Shown piece after piece: positions 1 through 8,848 of a stretch of DNA of 42,433 nt. The stretch's first letter is position 1, and the number at the start of each line of letters is the position of its first letter. The notes under the pieces are model-generated. The model was not told the origin of the DNA and ran no database searches. It was given only the letters and a program-made list of their open reading frames with translations. The translations under genes were made by a program, and so were the position numbers. Source of the DNA: Methanocella sp. (GTDB lineage: Archaea; Thermoproteota; Bathyarchaeia; Bathyarchaeales; Bathycorpusculaceae); assembly GCA_050261115.1 (NCBI GenBank), contig JBLNCY010000043.1, positions 1 to 42,433 of the forward strand. Reading direction: 5' to 3'.

Positions 1-2
1 CT

Positions 3-209
3 CGTGATGAAGTCATGCGGATTTTTGCCGCTGAATGCTATGAGCTAGCAGAAGAGTTTGCCAAACAAAACAAACAGAACCTATCGTTACAGTATGCCAA
101 GTTGTCAGCCAAGATGCTTGGGCTGAGTTTGCGTCCTAAGAAGCTCAGTGATTTGGATGAGATTAAGCGGGTTTTAGCCGAGCTCAAAGCACAGGAAAAG
201 ACCGAGTAA
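3..209 (+). CDS. Helical protein directly upstream of terL, possible terminase small subunit (5' end likely outside window)
   Basis: Frame open from position 3; stop overlaps terL start (TAATG); function inferred from position only. Confidence 0.45.
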   Translation, partial: RDEVMRIFAAECYELAEEFAKQNKQNLSLQYAKLSAKMLGLSLRPKKLSDLDEIKRVLAELKAQEKTE

Positions 210-1798
210 TGAGTTACCACACGGTTCCCGGCAGCATTTCTGGCATCTGGCGTGAAATCGAAAAGATACAGGCGGTTAGGGTTTCAGAAGAGGATAACCA
301 CAGAGTTCGCTTTTGTGCTAAAGTTCTCGCTGGGTTGAGTGGACAGAAGGTTGATGTGGTTTTTCGCCGAATAAAACCGAGAAGTGAAGAGGACCTTTGC
401 AACATTAGAACGCTGTTTGCCAAATGCCAAGGGCACAGCTTAGAAGAATTGGGAGAAGACCCTGTTTTTTCGGAAGTGTTTATGAATTTTCACCCCAAAA
501 GCTACCAACTCAAATTCCTAATCAGCCAATCTAAACAGGAAACGATGCTTTGGACACGGCAAGGCGGCAAAACCACATCTGAAGGCGTGAAGTTCTTTAA
601 GCGTCGGGTTCGACGCCCAGGTACACAGGCAACAGTTACCGCACCTGGTCTTCGGCAGTCTAAGCTTGTCATCGAAAAGCTCTCCGACACGATCTATAAC
701 ATGGACCCTGTTGCTCGGAAGGCGTGGGTTGAGAAAGTCCTAAGAACCGCCATCCGACTGCACAATCGTTCCAAGCTTAAGGCTTTTCCTTTCAGCTTGG
801 ACAAGCTTCGGGGTGAAACCAGTGATGACGTGATTATTGCTGAGGCTGCGTTCATTAAGGAGCTGGAAGAGTTGGTGCAGGGCACGTTGATGCCTCAGAT
901 GGCTACCCGCTGGGACAAAGGCTCAATTATCTGCCTCGACAGCACCCCATGGGATAAGAAGAGTTATTATTACAAAACCTTGAACGTTCCAGAGGTTTCC
1001 CAGTTCTGGACGCCCTTCATAGCCGATTATCACCAAGCTGTTGATGAGGGCTTGATTTCTAAAGAATTCATCGAACTGCAAAAGTGCCAGCTTGACCCAG
1101 ACCGCTTTAGCCGAGAATATGAGCTGCAGTTCACTGAGGACCATGGGCGCTGGCTGAGCCAAGAGTTAATCACTGCCTGCGTAGACCACAGCATTGTGGA
1201 GCCGTGGCTTTTTGAGGATTCCTTTAAGGACTTGGATTTCTGCGCTGGCTTAGATGTTGGTCAGCAGAACGATAACGCCGCTCTAAGCGTAATCGAGCTA
1301 CAAGGAGAAGTTAGGATTCTGCGCTATAGTTACCTGTTTCCGTTGGGCACTCCTTATGATGTGCTTACGGCTCATCTTAAGGTGATGACTGACCGCTGGC
1401 AAATCCGACGAACCCTAGTTGACGCCACTAACGAGCGGGCACTAGCCGAAACCATGACAAAAGAAATCGATGGCGTTGAGGGAGTGGCTTTTACTCAGCC
1501 GTGGAAGCAGAAAGCGGCGGGTTTTCTTAAGCAGTTGATGAGTAAAAAGCAGTTTAGGTACTATTTTGACCCTGAAGTTGTGGCTGGTTTGGCTGTTGAG
1601 CAGTTTGAAGTTTTAACAGGCAAACCCAATGTAGAGAATGAGAGCGAAAAGAACAAGGAACAGGGCGAACTTGAAGGAAACATTCGGTTTTATCATGCTC
1701 CGGGTACGCATGATGACCGTTTCTGGTCTATCTGCCTAGCCGCTGCCGCCTCCATGGAAGAAGAACCAGAGCCATTCTTAGCAGTTATTCCAAGGTGA
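209..1798 (+). CDS. terL: Terminase large subunit
   Basis: Walker A WTRQGGKT, TAPGLRQS, LRGET, Walker B-like VIIAEAAF, coupling motif DSTP, REYELQF, RNase H-like nuclease GLDVG and HDDRFWS. Confidence 0.9.
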   Translation: MSYHTVPGSISGIWREIEKIQAVRVSEEDNHRVRFCAKVLAGLSGQKVDVVFRRIKPRSEEDLCNIRTLFAKCQGHSLEELGEDPVFSEVFMNFHPKSYQLKFLISQSKQETMLWTRQGGKTTSEGVKFFKRRVRRPGTQATVTAPGLRQSKLVIEKLSDTIYNMDPVARKAWVEKVLRTAIRLHNRSKLKAFPFSLDKLRGETSDDVIIAEAAFIKELEELVQGTLMPQMATRWDKGSIICLDSTPWDKKSYYYKTLNVPEVSQFWTPFIADYHQAVDEGLISKEFIELQKCQLDPDRFSREYELQFTEDHGRWLSQELITACVDHSIVEPWLFEDSFKDLDFCAGLDVGQQNDNAALSVIELQGEVRILRYSYLFPLGTPYDVLTAHLKVMTDRWQIRRTLVDATNERALAETMTKEIDGVEGVAFTQPWKQKAAGFLKQLMSKKQFRYYFDPEVVAGLAVEQFEVLTGKPNVENESEKNKEQGELEGNIRFYHAPGTHDDRFWSICLAAAASMEEEPEPFLAVIPR

Positions 1799-3252
1799 CC
1801 AATATGACAAGACGACGAAATGAACCCTTTCGTATAACTCAGTTCCGCCGAGTCTATGATAGAGCCGAAGGCAAGTTTACGTTCAACATCAGCTATGAAA
1901 CCCACACCAAAGTCACGCCTAGAAGTCTTGTTGTGGCTGAAGCCTTCGGATTAGGCATCGATGAAGCCCAAAAATTCAAGGTATTAGATGCTGAGCTAAA
2001 GATTAGCCCCAAAGACATCGTTTACATTACGGGTGATAGTGGCAGCGGCAAGAGTGTACTATTACGAGCGATTAGGGCAGACCTCGGTGAGGAAGCTATC
2101 GATTTATCAGAGGTTGCAGTGGACACTGAGAAACCCTTAATTGAAACAGTCGGCGCCACAGTCGAAGAAGGCTTAGAACTGCTAAGCAAAGTTGGCTTAA
2201 ACGATGCCTTCCTATTCCTACGCACTTACGGCCAACTTAGCGATGGCCAAAAGTACCGCTACCGAATCGCCAAACTTATAGAATCGGGCAAGCAATGGTG
2301 GTTGATGGATGAGTTCGCCGCATGCTTAGATCGGGACACAGCCAAAATTATCGCCTACAACCTGCAAAAGCTGGCTCGGCTACAAGGCAAAGCAGTAATT
2401 GCAGCCACAACCCATGGTGACTTGCTAGAAGACCTTAGACCCAGCGTGCTTGTGCGTAAGCGGTTTGGGGAAGAAATTAAAATCGATTATTACCCAAACA
2501 TCCCCGCAACCGAATGCAGTCTAATCCAAGAAATGATGATAGAGCAAGGCACTAAAGAAGACTGGCAAAAACTGAGCGTTTTCCATTACCGAGGACACAA
2601 GGTTGCGGTTCCCCGAAAAATATTTCGCTTAATGAGAAAAGATGAGCTCTGCGGTGTTATAGTTTACAGCTACCCCCCACCAGCTTGCTATGGAAGACGT
2701 CTAGTGCTGCCAAGAATGACAATCCAAGAAATGAACAAACAACTAAGCATCATAAACCGAATAGTAATCCACCCAAAATACCGAACCGCAGGCTTAGGTG
2801 CTAAACTAATTCGTGAAACACTACCATTAGTTGGGACTCGTTATGTTGAATTGATTGCAGTTATGGCAAAGTATAGCCCCTTTGCTGAAAAGGCAGGCAT
2901 GCAAAAGATAGCTGAGCAGCAAACTGTTAAGAGTGTTTTAGCTGTTTCTAAAGTGCTCTTGGAGCTGGGTTTTGACTTGCAACTTTTGGGTAGCGAACGC
3001 TATGTTAGAGGAAAACTTGAAAGCTTAAATCTTGCTCAAATAGGCCTGCTAAGGGATGCTTTCATAAAAAGTAAGCATACAAGGTTTAAGAAAGAGTTTG
3101 CAGTTAGCCGCCATCAGCCCTTTGGAAAAACCGCTGACTACATAGACAGCATACGAAATGCGGATAATGTAAAAATTGGGAAGCTTCTCAAGCTGGCTGG
3201 AATGCTTTTGCAAACTAAAGTTTACTTGTTCTGGGAAAAAGCTGTAAAATAA
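1795..3252 (+). CDS. ABC-type ATPase fused to C-terminal GNAT acetyltransferase (COG2401-like)
   Basis: Walker A GDSGSGKS, signature LSDGQ, Walker B WLMDEF, H-loop AATTH; C-terminal FHYRGH and acetyl-CoA loop RIVIHPKYRTAGLG; no TM segments; GTGA overlap with terL stop. Confidence 0.85.
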   Translation: MTNMTRRRNEPFRITQFRRVYDRAEGKFTFNISYETHTKVTPRSLVVAEAFGLGIDEAQKFKVLDAELKISPKDIVYITGDSGSGKSVLLRAIRADLGEEAIDLSEVAVDTEKPLIETVGATVEEGLELLSKVGLNDAFLFLRTYGQLSDGQKYRYRIAKLIESGKQWWLMDEFAACLDRDTAKIIAYNLQKLARLQGKAVIAATTHGDLLEDLRPSVLVRKRFGEEIKIDYYPNIPATECSLIQEMMIEQGTKEDWQKLSVFHYRGHKVAVPRKIFRLMRKDELCGVIVYSYPPPACYGRRLVLPRMTIQEMNKQLSIINRIVIHPKYRTAGLGAKLIRETLPLVGTRYVELIAVMAKYSPFAEKAGMQKIAEQQTVKSVLAVSKVLLELGFDLQLLGSERYVRGKLESLNLAQIGLLRDAFIKSKHTRFKKEFAVSRHQPFGKTADYIDSIRNADNVKIGKLLKLAGMLLQTKVYLFWEKAVK

Positions 3253-3333
3253 CAGAAGAGCTTGGGTAGTTATAATCGAGTTAACGCTTTAATATTACTA
3301 GCTTTCAAACTACAGTTGGCTTTGAGGTTGTAG

Positions 3334-3585
3334 ATGGTGGAGCGGCAAGAAGCTGTTTTGGTTCTAAGAGAACTTCTTCAGGTTTGCCCTGACTTGATGA
3401 ATCAAGCGGTCTCTTTAGACCCCGGGTTTTTAACCTCCGAGCAAATCGGGGGGGGGGGGACGAAAATTTCGCTTAAAGCCATTTTAAATGACAACGCTCG
3501 CCAATGCTTACAGCCCATACTTGAAAAGTACAAACTAACCCTAAAAGAAACAAGCGATACTATAACTATTTACCGTTCTCAATAA
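3334..3585 (+). CDS. Hypothetical protein containing an in-frame G12 tract
   Basis: 83-aa ORF with GAGGT upstream of ATG. Confidence 0.6.
   Translation: MVERQEAVLVLRELLQVCPDLMNQAVSLDPGFLTSEQIGGGGTKISLKAILNDNARQCLQPILEKYKLTLKETSDTITIYRSQ
3448..3459 (+). repeat. Poly-G homopolymer (G12)
   Basis: ATC GGG GGG GGG GGG ACG, encoding GGGG. Confidence 0.9.
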
Positions 3586-3627
3586 AAAGCGGTAAAAAGC
3601 TTCCTAATCTACTTGATAACCCATGTC

Positions 3628-3966
3628 TTACTTACTTTTTGGTTGATTTGTTTCAGGTTTTACAAGTCCTCGTTTGAGGGCCAAGAAAACAAAGAATTGC
3701 GAAAAAGCAGCCACTGTAGCAGATATTAGGATATGTACTGTGTTAATATCGCCTGCTAGAGCGGTTCCTCCTAAAGTACTGAAAAAAGTGATTCCGCTAG
3801 TAATAATTGCATCTATGAGCGCGTTTCCCCAATCGAACTTTTGCTCTATCGCAGAGGTCTTATTGTTTATACAGCAAACTCGGAACCCTCTGACTGTTAA
3901 CGTTGGGTTTATGTTTTTTAAGCAATTTATGAGTCTGCCTCTAATGGTTAAGGTAAGTTTTACCAA
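3628..3966 (-). CDS. Small two-TM membrane protein, holin-like
   Basis: GAGGAGG SD before TTG; two hydrophobic helices and a basic C-terminus (LALKRGLVK); holin call is inference from architecture and context. Confidence 0.55.
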   Translation of the reverse strand: MVKLTLTIRGRLINCLKNINPTLTVRGFRVCCINNKTSAIEQKFDWGNALIDAIITSGITFFSTLGGTALAGDINTVHILISATVAAFSQFFVFLALKRGLVKPETNQPKSK

Positions 3967-4058
3967 AAGTTATTTCGCCTCCTCAATGTTCGGATAACTG
4001 CTTTGTGCCAAAAGAAATTATCACATTCATTTACCTAGTAACCTTATGGTTATTAGCT

Positions 4059-4087
4059 AGACGTGATGTTTCTGAAACTACACGGCT
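4059..4087. promoter_or_regulatory. 29-bp imperfect palindrome, copy 1
   Basis: AGACGTGATGTT-TCTGA-AACTACACGGCT; 23/29 identical to 6610-6638. Confidence 0.6.
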
Positions 4088-4139
4088 AACTTAAGAACGG
4101 TTCTCAATCTCTAGGATATCACCGTTAATAGAAGATAAG

Positions 4140-4442
4140 TTGTCTTCGAAGCGTGTGTTTATTTTGGATCTTAGAGACTTGTTTGCTTCAAAGGGCAGAC
4201 AAAAAATCATAGAGGTGCTATTATTGCATAGAGAGTTAAATGTTATGCAACTGGTAAGCCGGGTTGGTGGTAGATACCCAGAGGTGAACAGAAACCTTGC
4301 TATTTTAGAGGGTGAGGGTATTATAATAAGCGAGTATCGAAAGCAGGTCAAACGTGCAAAGGTTAGAATAATTAAACTAATCAAGGAAAATCCTCGAACT
4401 CAAAAGTTAATTAGAGCATTAAGAGACCTGAAGGAAGATTAG
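4140..4442 (+). CDS. Winged-helix (ArsR-like) DNA-binding protein, paralog 1
   Basis: FASKGRQKIIEVL...VNRNLAILEGEGII; clearly similar to 7522-7977. Confidence 0.75.
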   Translation: MSSKRVFILDLRDLFASKGRQKIIEVLLLHRELNVMQLVSRVGGRYPEVNRNLAILEGEGIIISEYRKQVKRAKVRIIKLIKENPRTQKLIRALRDLKED

Positions 4443-4563
4443 AACACCAACAGTTGCTCGTCGAAAGTTATCATTATCGAAAAGTATTCCGTCAATAAGT
4501 AGATTAAGGTAGACCCTAACTGACCTACTCACAAAAAAGAGGTTTAAGGAAGAATTTAGGTAC

Positions 4564-5634
4564 TTACTGCTTTCGCTTTTTCCTAAATAAAAAAATGAGG
4601 AACACGACAACTACTAGAATGACGATGACCGCTATAACGGCAAAAATAATTATTTGAAGGTCAGCAGATAGCGAAACTGTCTTTTCCATGGATGCGTTTA
4701 ATGTAACGTTCTCTTGTACCTGCGTTTGGTTTTGGTTAACTCTTATTGTGTACTCGCTTGTCTGCGTCTCTCCATGCTCTGAAATTTCCAGAGCCGGTAG
4801 TTCGAATTGTGCTTTACCCTCGCTTGTAGCGTTCTGTTCAGCTACAAGAGAATTATTGGCTTGAGCGTAGATCTGAACAATAGCGTCCTGTACAGGCGTT
4901 CCTTGCGACTCCACAAGAACCGTTAGATACCAATAAACACGAATTACACCTTGTCCAATAAAATCGGTATTAACTCGGTCATATGTAGAATTCACCAAGT
5001 CAACATGTATGGGGCGGTAAAGACTCGAAACCTCAAACTGTTCAATATGGGAATTTACTATACGAGCGTTACCATAAAAATTCAGGTCCGATAAGGAGGA
5101 ATTGATGAATGAAGAATCGCCGTAAATGGTCGCTACTCTTATGGATGAGTTTACGGCTTGTAAAGTTGCATTTATGCTGTCTAGTCTGATATTCTGGCTC
5201 AGTTTGGAATCTAAGATATTTATTGAGGAGTTGTCGTATAGTATGAAATCAAAAATGAGACTTTCAATATCGGAGCCTTTTTGCATGGTAATTTTTGCGT
5301 TATCATGCAAGGTGTATGAAAACTGGCCCTTTCCAAAGTCTGGGTATAATGTTCCATTATCAAGTATCAAGGTGGAATTACCATTCATTCGTAAATTACC
5401 CTTCAAATTCAGTTGGGCATCCTTGATTAGTAGAACATCGTTATTGGTGAGAATAAGGTCGCCGGTGTGCACCGTTATGTTTTGTGGATATGCAGTTGAG
5501 TTGACTAAAGGATTAACGGATAAAGGGATATTATCAGCTACTGCTATAGGTGCCCATGAAAAAGCCATACTAACAGTTGTGAATAAAAACAGAATAACGA
5601 AGACGTAAGACATAATTCTGTTTATTACTTCCAT
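4564..5634 (-). CDS. Secreted, C-terminally membrane-anchored surface protein (beta-solenoid plus Ig-like domain)
   Basis: Signal peptide, N/S/I-rich beta repeats, YWYLTVLV...GTPVQDAIVQI Ig-like segment, C-terminal TM plus RKKRK. Confidence 0.8.
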   Translation of the reverse strand: MEVINRIMSYVFVILFLFTTVSMAFSWAPIAVADNIPLSVNPLVNSTAYPQNITVHTGDLILTNNDVLLIKDAQLNLKGNLRMNGNSTLILDNGTLYPDFGKGQFSYTLHDNAKITMQKGSDIESLIFDFILYDNSSINILDSKLSQNIRLDSINATLQAVNSSIRVATIYGDSSFINSSLSDLNFYGNARIVNSHIEQFEVSSLYRPIHVDLVNSTYDRVNTDFIGQGVIRVYWYLTVLVESQGTPVQDAIVQIYAQANNSLVAEQNATSEGKAQFELPALEISEHGETQTSEYTIRVNQNQTQVQENVTLNASMEKTVSLSADLQIIIFAVIAVIVILVVVVFLIFLFRKKRKQ

Positions 5635-5786
5635 TTACATCCACATTAGCTACTCAAAATTAAAAACCGAAATAAAGCTTTCTATAAAAAGCCAAAATAT
5701 GCTTGCTCTCGGTTGAATAGCAGTCTTAAAGATGATTTCCAAAAATGGGAGTTTAGGGCTTCGGCTAACTATGCTTTGGCTGGCAA

Positions 5787-6536
5787 TTAATAGTGTCTCT
5801 CAACTATGTCATGTCCCCACCCAGATTCATCGTAAACCCATCGGTTGTCTTGCATGTTTCCGCTAGATAAAAAGAAGCTATGATTATTTTCTACTCTTCC
5901 GCTAGATAATATGTGTACTCCGTTGCCACCTTTTCCGGTTGATGTTTTTTCGTGATTAAGGTTTATGAGACAGAAATTAGCTAATCCGTTAATTGACATG
6001 CCATCGCATGGTTGACTTGACCATACGTTTGCTTTTATGAACGAACTGTAAATTCTGCAGTCTTGTCCTACTTCTATGCCTTTCAAATTTTGAGCGTCCC
6101 TCAGCGAAATACCGACATCATTAATGTAAGTGAAAGCCCTGCTGTTATCGCTACTACCGCCCGGTGCAAACTGTATCCCTGTATTTACGTCTTTCATGCG
6201 AACATGCTCGATATGGTTTACTTCTGCCCAGCGGGCATCAGTCGCAGTTAGCTTTATGCCTATATCACAATTAACAAGGGCAACATTTCTGACTTTGCAA
6301 TGAACGACGTCTTGTAAAAGAATGCCTGTATTGGAACCATTACCCACAATTACTAGATTTTCGATTCCCGCACTTTTCACCCATTCGCTGTCAAAATTTT
6401 GACCAACAGCTATAATTGGATTAGCACTTGATGTTATTGTGATTTGTTTACTACCAATGCCCCTCAGAAGACCATCACTAGCTAGGTTGATTGTTGAACT
6501 TAAATTTTGATTAGAAGTATATTGTGTTAGCGTCAT
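5787..6536 (-). CDS. Right-handed beta-helix (pectin-lyase-like) protein, paralog A
   Basis: IENLVIVGNG/NTGILL/NCDIGIKL beta-helix coils; GGAGGTGA SD; no signal peptide. Confidence 0.75.
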   Translation of the reverse strand: MTLTQYTSNQNLSSTINLASDGLLRGIGSKQITITSSANPIIAVGQNFDSEWVKSAGIENLVIVGNGSNTGILLQDVVHCKVRNVALVNCDIGIKLTATDARWAEVNHIEHVRMKDVNTGIQFAPGGSSDNSRAFTYINDVGISLRDAQNLKGIEVGQDCRIYSSFIKANVWSSQPCDGMSINGLANFCLINLNHEKTSTGKGGNGVHILSSGRVENNHSFFLSSGNMQDNRWVYDESGWGHDIVERHY

Positions 6537-6609
6537 AATTTTTCACCTCCTCTGATTTTATGGGTTAACAAACTTACACTCAACTTTAGGCGTTTTTGTG
6601 GTTTAAACG

Positions 6610-6638
6610 AGACGTGATGTTCCTGTAACATCCCGTCT
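6610..6638. promoter_or_regulatory. 29-bp palindrome, copy 2
   Basis: AGACGTGATGTT-CCTGT-AACATCCCGTCT (arms 11/12 complementary), between the divergent beta-helix genes. Confidence 0.65.
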
Positions 6639-6721
6639 TTTTTAAAACAAAAGGAAACAATGACATTTCATGGGAAAACCGCCCAAAGCATGAAACTGTT
6701 GTTTGTAAGGAGGTGAAAATT

Positions 6722-7462
6722 TTGACTGTAATAGAATATACCACCACTCAAAACCTAAGTTCTACGATCAATCTTGCCAGTGATGGCCTTTTGAGGGGCG
6801 TTGGAAGTAAACAAATCATCATAAACTCAACTGCTAATCCCATTATTAGTGTAGCTTCAAATCTAAGCGACCTAGTAAAAACCGCTTTGATTGAAAACGT
6901 GATAATTTTCGGGAACGGAACAAACACAGCGATTCTTTTACAAAACGTTTTTAATTGCCAAATCAGAAACGTCAGCATCGTCAATTGCGATACAGGAGTA
7001 AAGCTGACATCAACAGGAAGCGGTTGGAGTCAATCCAATCACATTCAGCATGTTCGCATGTCATACGTTAATAAAGGCATACATTTTGCTCCTGGAGGCA
7101 CAAACAACTTTGGATTTACTCACATTGAAGACGTCAACATTTCCTTGAATAACTCTCAAAATCTAAATGGCATTGAAATCGGCACGGGATGCAAACCGTA
7201 TAGTTCATTCATCAAAGCGAATGTTTGGTCGAGTCAACAATGTAACGGCATTTACTGTGACGGCGAAATCAAGTACTGTTTAATTAATTTCAATCACGAA
7301 AAAACAACCTCAGGTGGAGCTGGCTGTGGCGTTTATCTAGGTTCAAACGCAGTAATAGGCAGCAGCATAAATCAGAGCTTCTTTGTAGCCGCAGGAAACT
7401 TGGGATCACCAGTATGCAACCCATATGGCAAAGCAAATGACATTACCTATAAGACTTATTAA
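6722..7462 (+). CDS. Right-handed beta-helix protein, paralog B
   Basis: Colinear with 5787-6536 (QNLSSTINLASDGLLRG, YSSFIKANVWSSQ, NHEKT); GGAGGTGA SD favours TTG 6722 over GTG 6713. Confidence 0.75.
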   Translation: MTVIEYTTTQNLSSTINLASDGLLRGVGSKQIIINSTANPIISVASNLSDLVKTALIENVIIFGNGTNTAILLQNVFNCQIRNVSIVNCDTGVKLTSTGSGWSQSNHIQHVRMSYVNKGIHFAPGGTNNFGFTHIEDVNISLNNSQNLNGIEIGTGCKPYSSFIKANVWSSQQCNGIYCDGEIKYCLINFNHEKTTSGGAGCGVYLGSNAVIGSSINQSFFVAAGNLGSPVCNPYGKANDITYKTY

Positions 7463-7482
7463 GCAACCGGAACCTCAAACAC

Positions 7483-7517
7483 TTCTTACTTTTCTCCTTT
7501 TTTACTGCTCTTTTTTC
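7483..7517 (+). terminator. Oligo-T archaeal-type terminator region
   Basis: Pyrimidine tract with T6 runs right after the paralog B stop. Confidence 0.4.
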
Positions 7518-7521
7518 TATA

Positions 7522-7977
7522 TCAAACTTTTTCTAAAATTAAAGGGATCATTTTAAAGTCCGACTTGACTTTCAAGACGGCAAAGCATTTCTTAAAACTT
7601 GCTTTTACTTGAGTTACTTCAGCATTTCTATGAGGCACGATGTATAGATAAAAAAATTGGTGACCCTTTTCTAACCTTGTGTCATCGTTTTCTTGACTAG
7701 GTTGCCTATAATCAATAGGCATATCCAATATTCTGATAGCTTTAATCAATATCCGGGTTTTAGGGCTTTCTCGATTAAGACCAACAATGCATTGGCGCCC
7801 AAGACGCGTATAAACAATAATGCCTTCCCTCTCCAAAATCAGTAGGTTACGCATAATTTCATTATAGCGGCAGCCCGTCTTGTGAACTAACTTCATAAGT
7901 CTGATTACCTCTACATGCGCCAGCACCCTCAAAATCTTTTGTCTGCATTTAGACGCCAAAATCTCGCTTGGCTCCAA
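7522..7977 (-). CDS. Winged-helix (ArsR-like) DNA-binding protein, paralog 2
   Basis: LASKCRQKILRVL...IMRNLLILEREGII...NRESPKTRILIKAIRIL; the last ~60 aa have no counterpart in paralog 1. Confidence 0.7.
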   Translation of the reverse strand: MEPSEILASKCRQKILRVLAHVEVIRLMKLVHKTGCRYNEIMRNLLILEREGIIVYTRLGRQCIVGLNRESPKTRILIKAIRILDMPIDYRQPSQENDDTRLEKGHQFFYLYIVPHRNAEVTQVKASFKKCFAVLKVKSDFKMIPLILEKV

Positions 7978-8164
7978 GACAATACCTCAGTTGTAGGCGG
8001 CCCTAACCAAGGCATACCTTGCCATAATATATCGAGAGAGCCTACTTAGTTCTATATTTTAGGACATATGTACTAAACTTAGGACACAATAGGGGTTATA
8101 TTCTAAATCTGTTCTAAGGCTTAGTCTTAAAAGAAAAATAAATTAATAGTAAAGTGGTGAAAAA

Positions 8165-8848
8165 ATGGGTCAGAAAAGACTTAAAAGTAGAAAGCTTTTT
8201 TATGGTTTCGCCATAATCATAGCTTTCAGCGTCATTCTAACTTTCTCCCTATCCATGGCTTTCAGTCCTTTAGGTAATAGTCAAGAGTCAACTAAATTAT
8301 CAACTTTAGTTTCTACAACTGATGAAGCAATTAACATTGCGATGCCTATTGTTGACCAGTATATAGAAGAAAACAATCGAACAATAACAACTGTGGAAGC
8401 AACACTAAGGAATTCTACCCAACCTTATTGGTTTATTCAGGTTGAATTTGAAGGTATAGAAAGCAGAGGATACCACGACCAAAGTAGTGGTTACGAAGTA
8501 TCTGTGTGGGCAGATAGCAGCGAAATCTTACATCATGGTCCAATTTGGCATAATAGTCCAAGTGCGACTGACGAAAACACTAAAATTACTGTTGATCGAG
8601 CGATTGAGATTGCGATACCTATCGCTGAGGAATATGCTACAGAAAACAATCGAACAATAACAACCATGGTGGAAGCATCACTAACTAACCATACCGATTC
8701 CCGCCCTTTATGGCAGATAGATGTAAAATTTGAACCAGTAAAAAATGGGGACTACAGAGATGTGCAACATTGGATTGATGCATATACAGTTTCGATATGG
8801 GCAGACACGTGCGAAATAAGAAGCCACAGCGCGCGAGGTTGGTATTAG
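8165..8848 (+). CDS. N-terminally anchored extracellular protein with two tandem PepSY-like repeats
   Basis: N-terminal TM; duplicated AI.IA.PI...Y..ENNRTITT...W...Y.VS.WAD unit; 24-bp identical repeat at 8368-8391 and 8641-8664. Confidence 0.75.
   Translation: MGQKRLKSRKLFYGFAIIIAFSVILTFSLSMAFSPLGNSQESTKLSTLVSTTDEAINIAMPIVDQYIEENNRTITTVEATLRNSTQPYWFIQVEFEGIESRGYHDQSSGYEVSVWADSSEILHHGPIWHNSPSATDENTKITVDRAIEIAIPIAEEYATENNRTITTMVEASLTNHTDSRPLWQIDVKFEPVKNGDYRDVQHWIDAYTVSIWADTCEIRSHSARGWY

Noticed and set aside
1795-3252. ABC transporter subunit
   Set aside because: No permease nearby, no TM segments, and it is fused to a GNAT domain; a non-transport ABC ATPase fits better.
5787-7462. Diversity-generating retroelement or shufflon acting on the two beta-helix paralogs
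   Set aside because: No reverse transcriptase in the window; differences are spread throughout and are not adenine-specific; I found no long perfect inverted repeat beyond the shared SD, so inversion is unsupported without read data.
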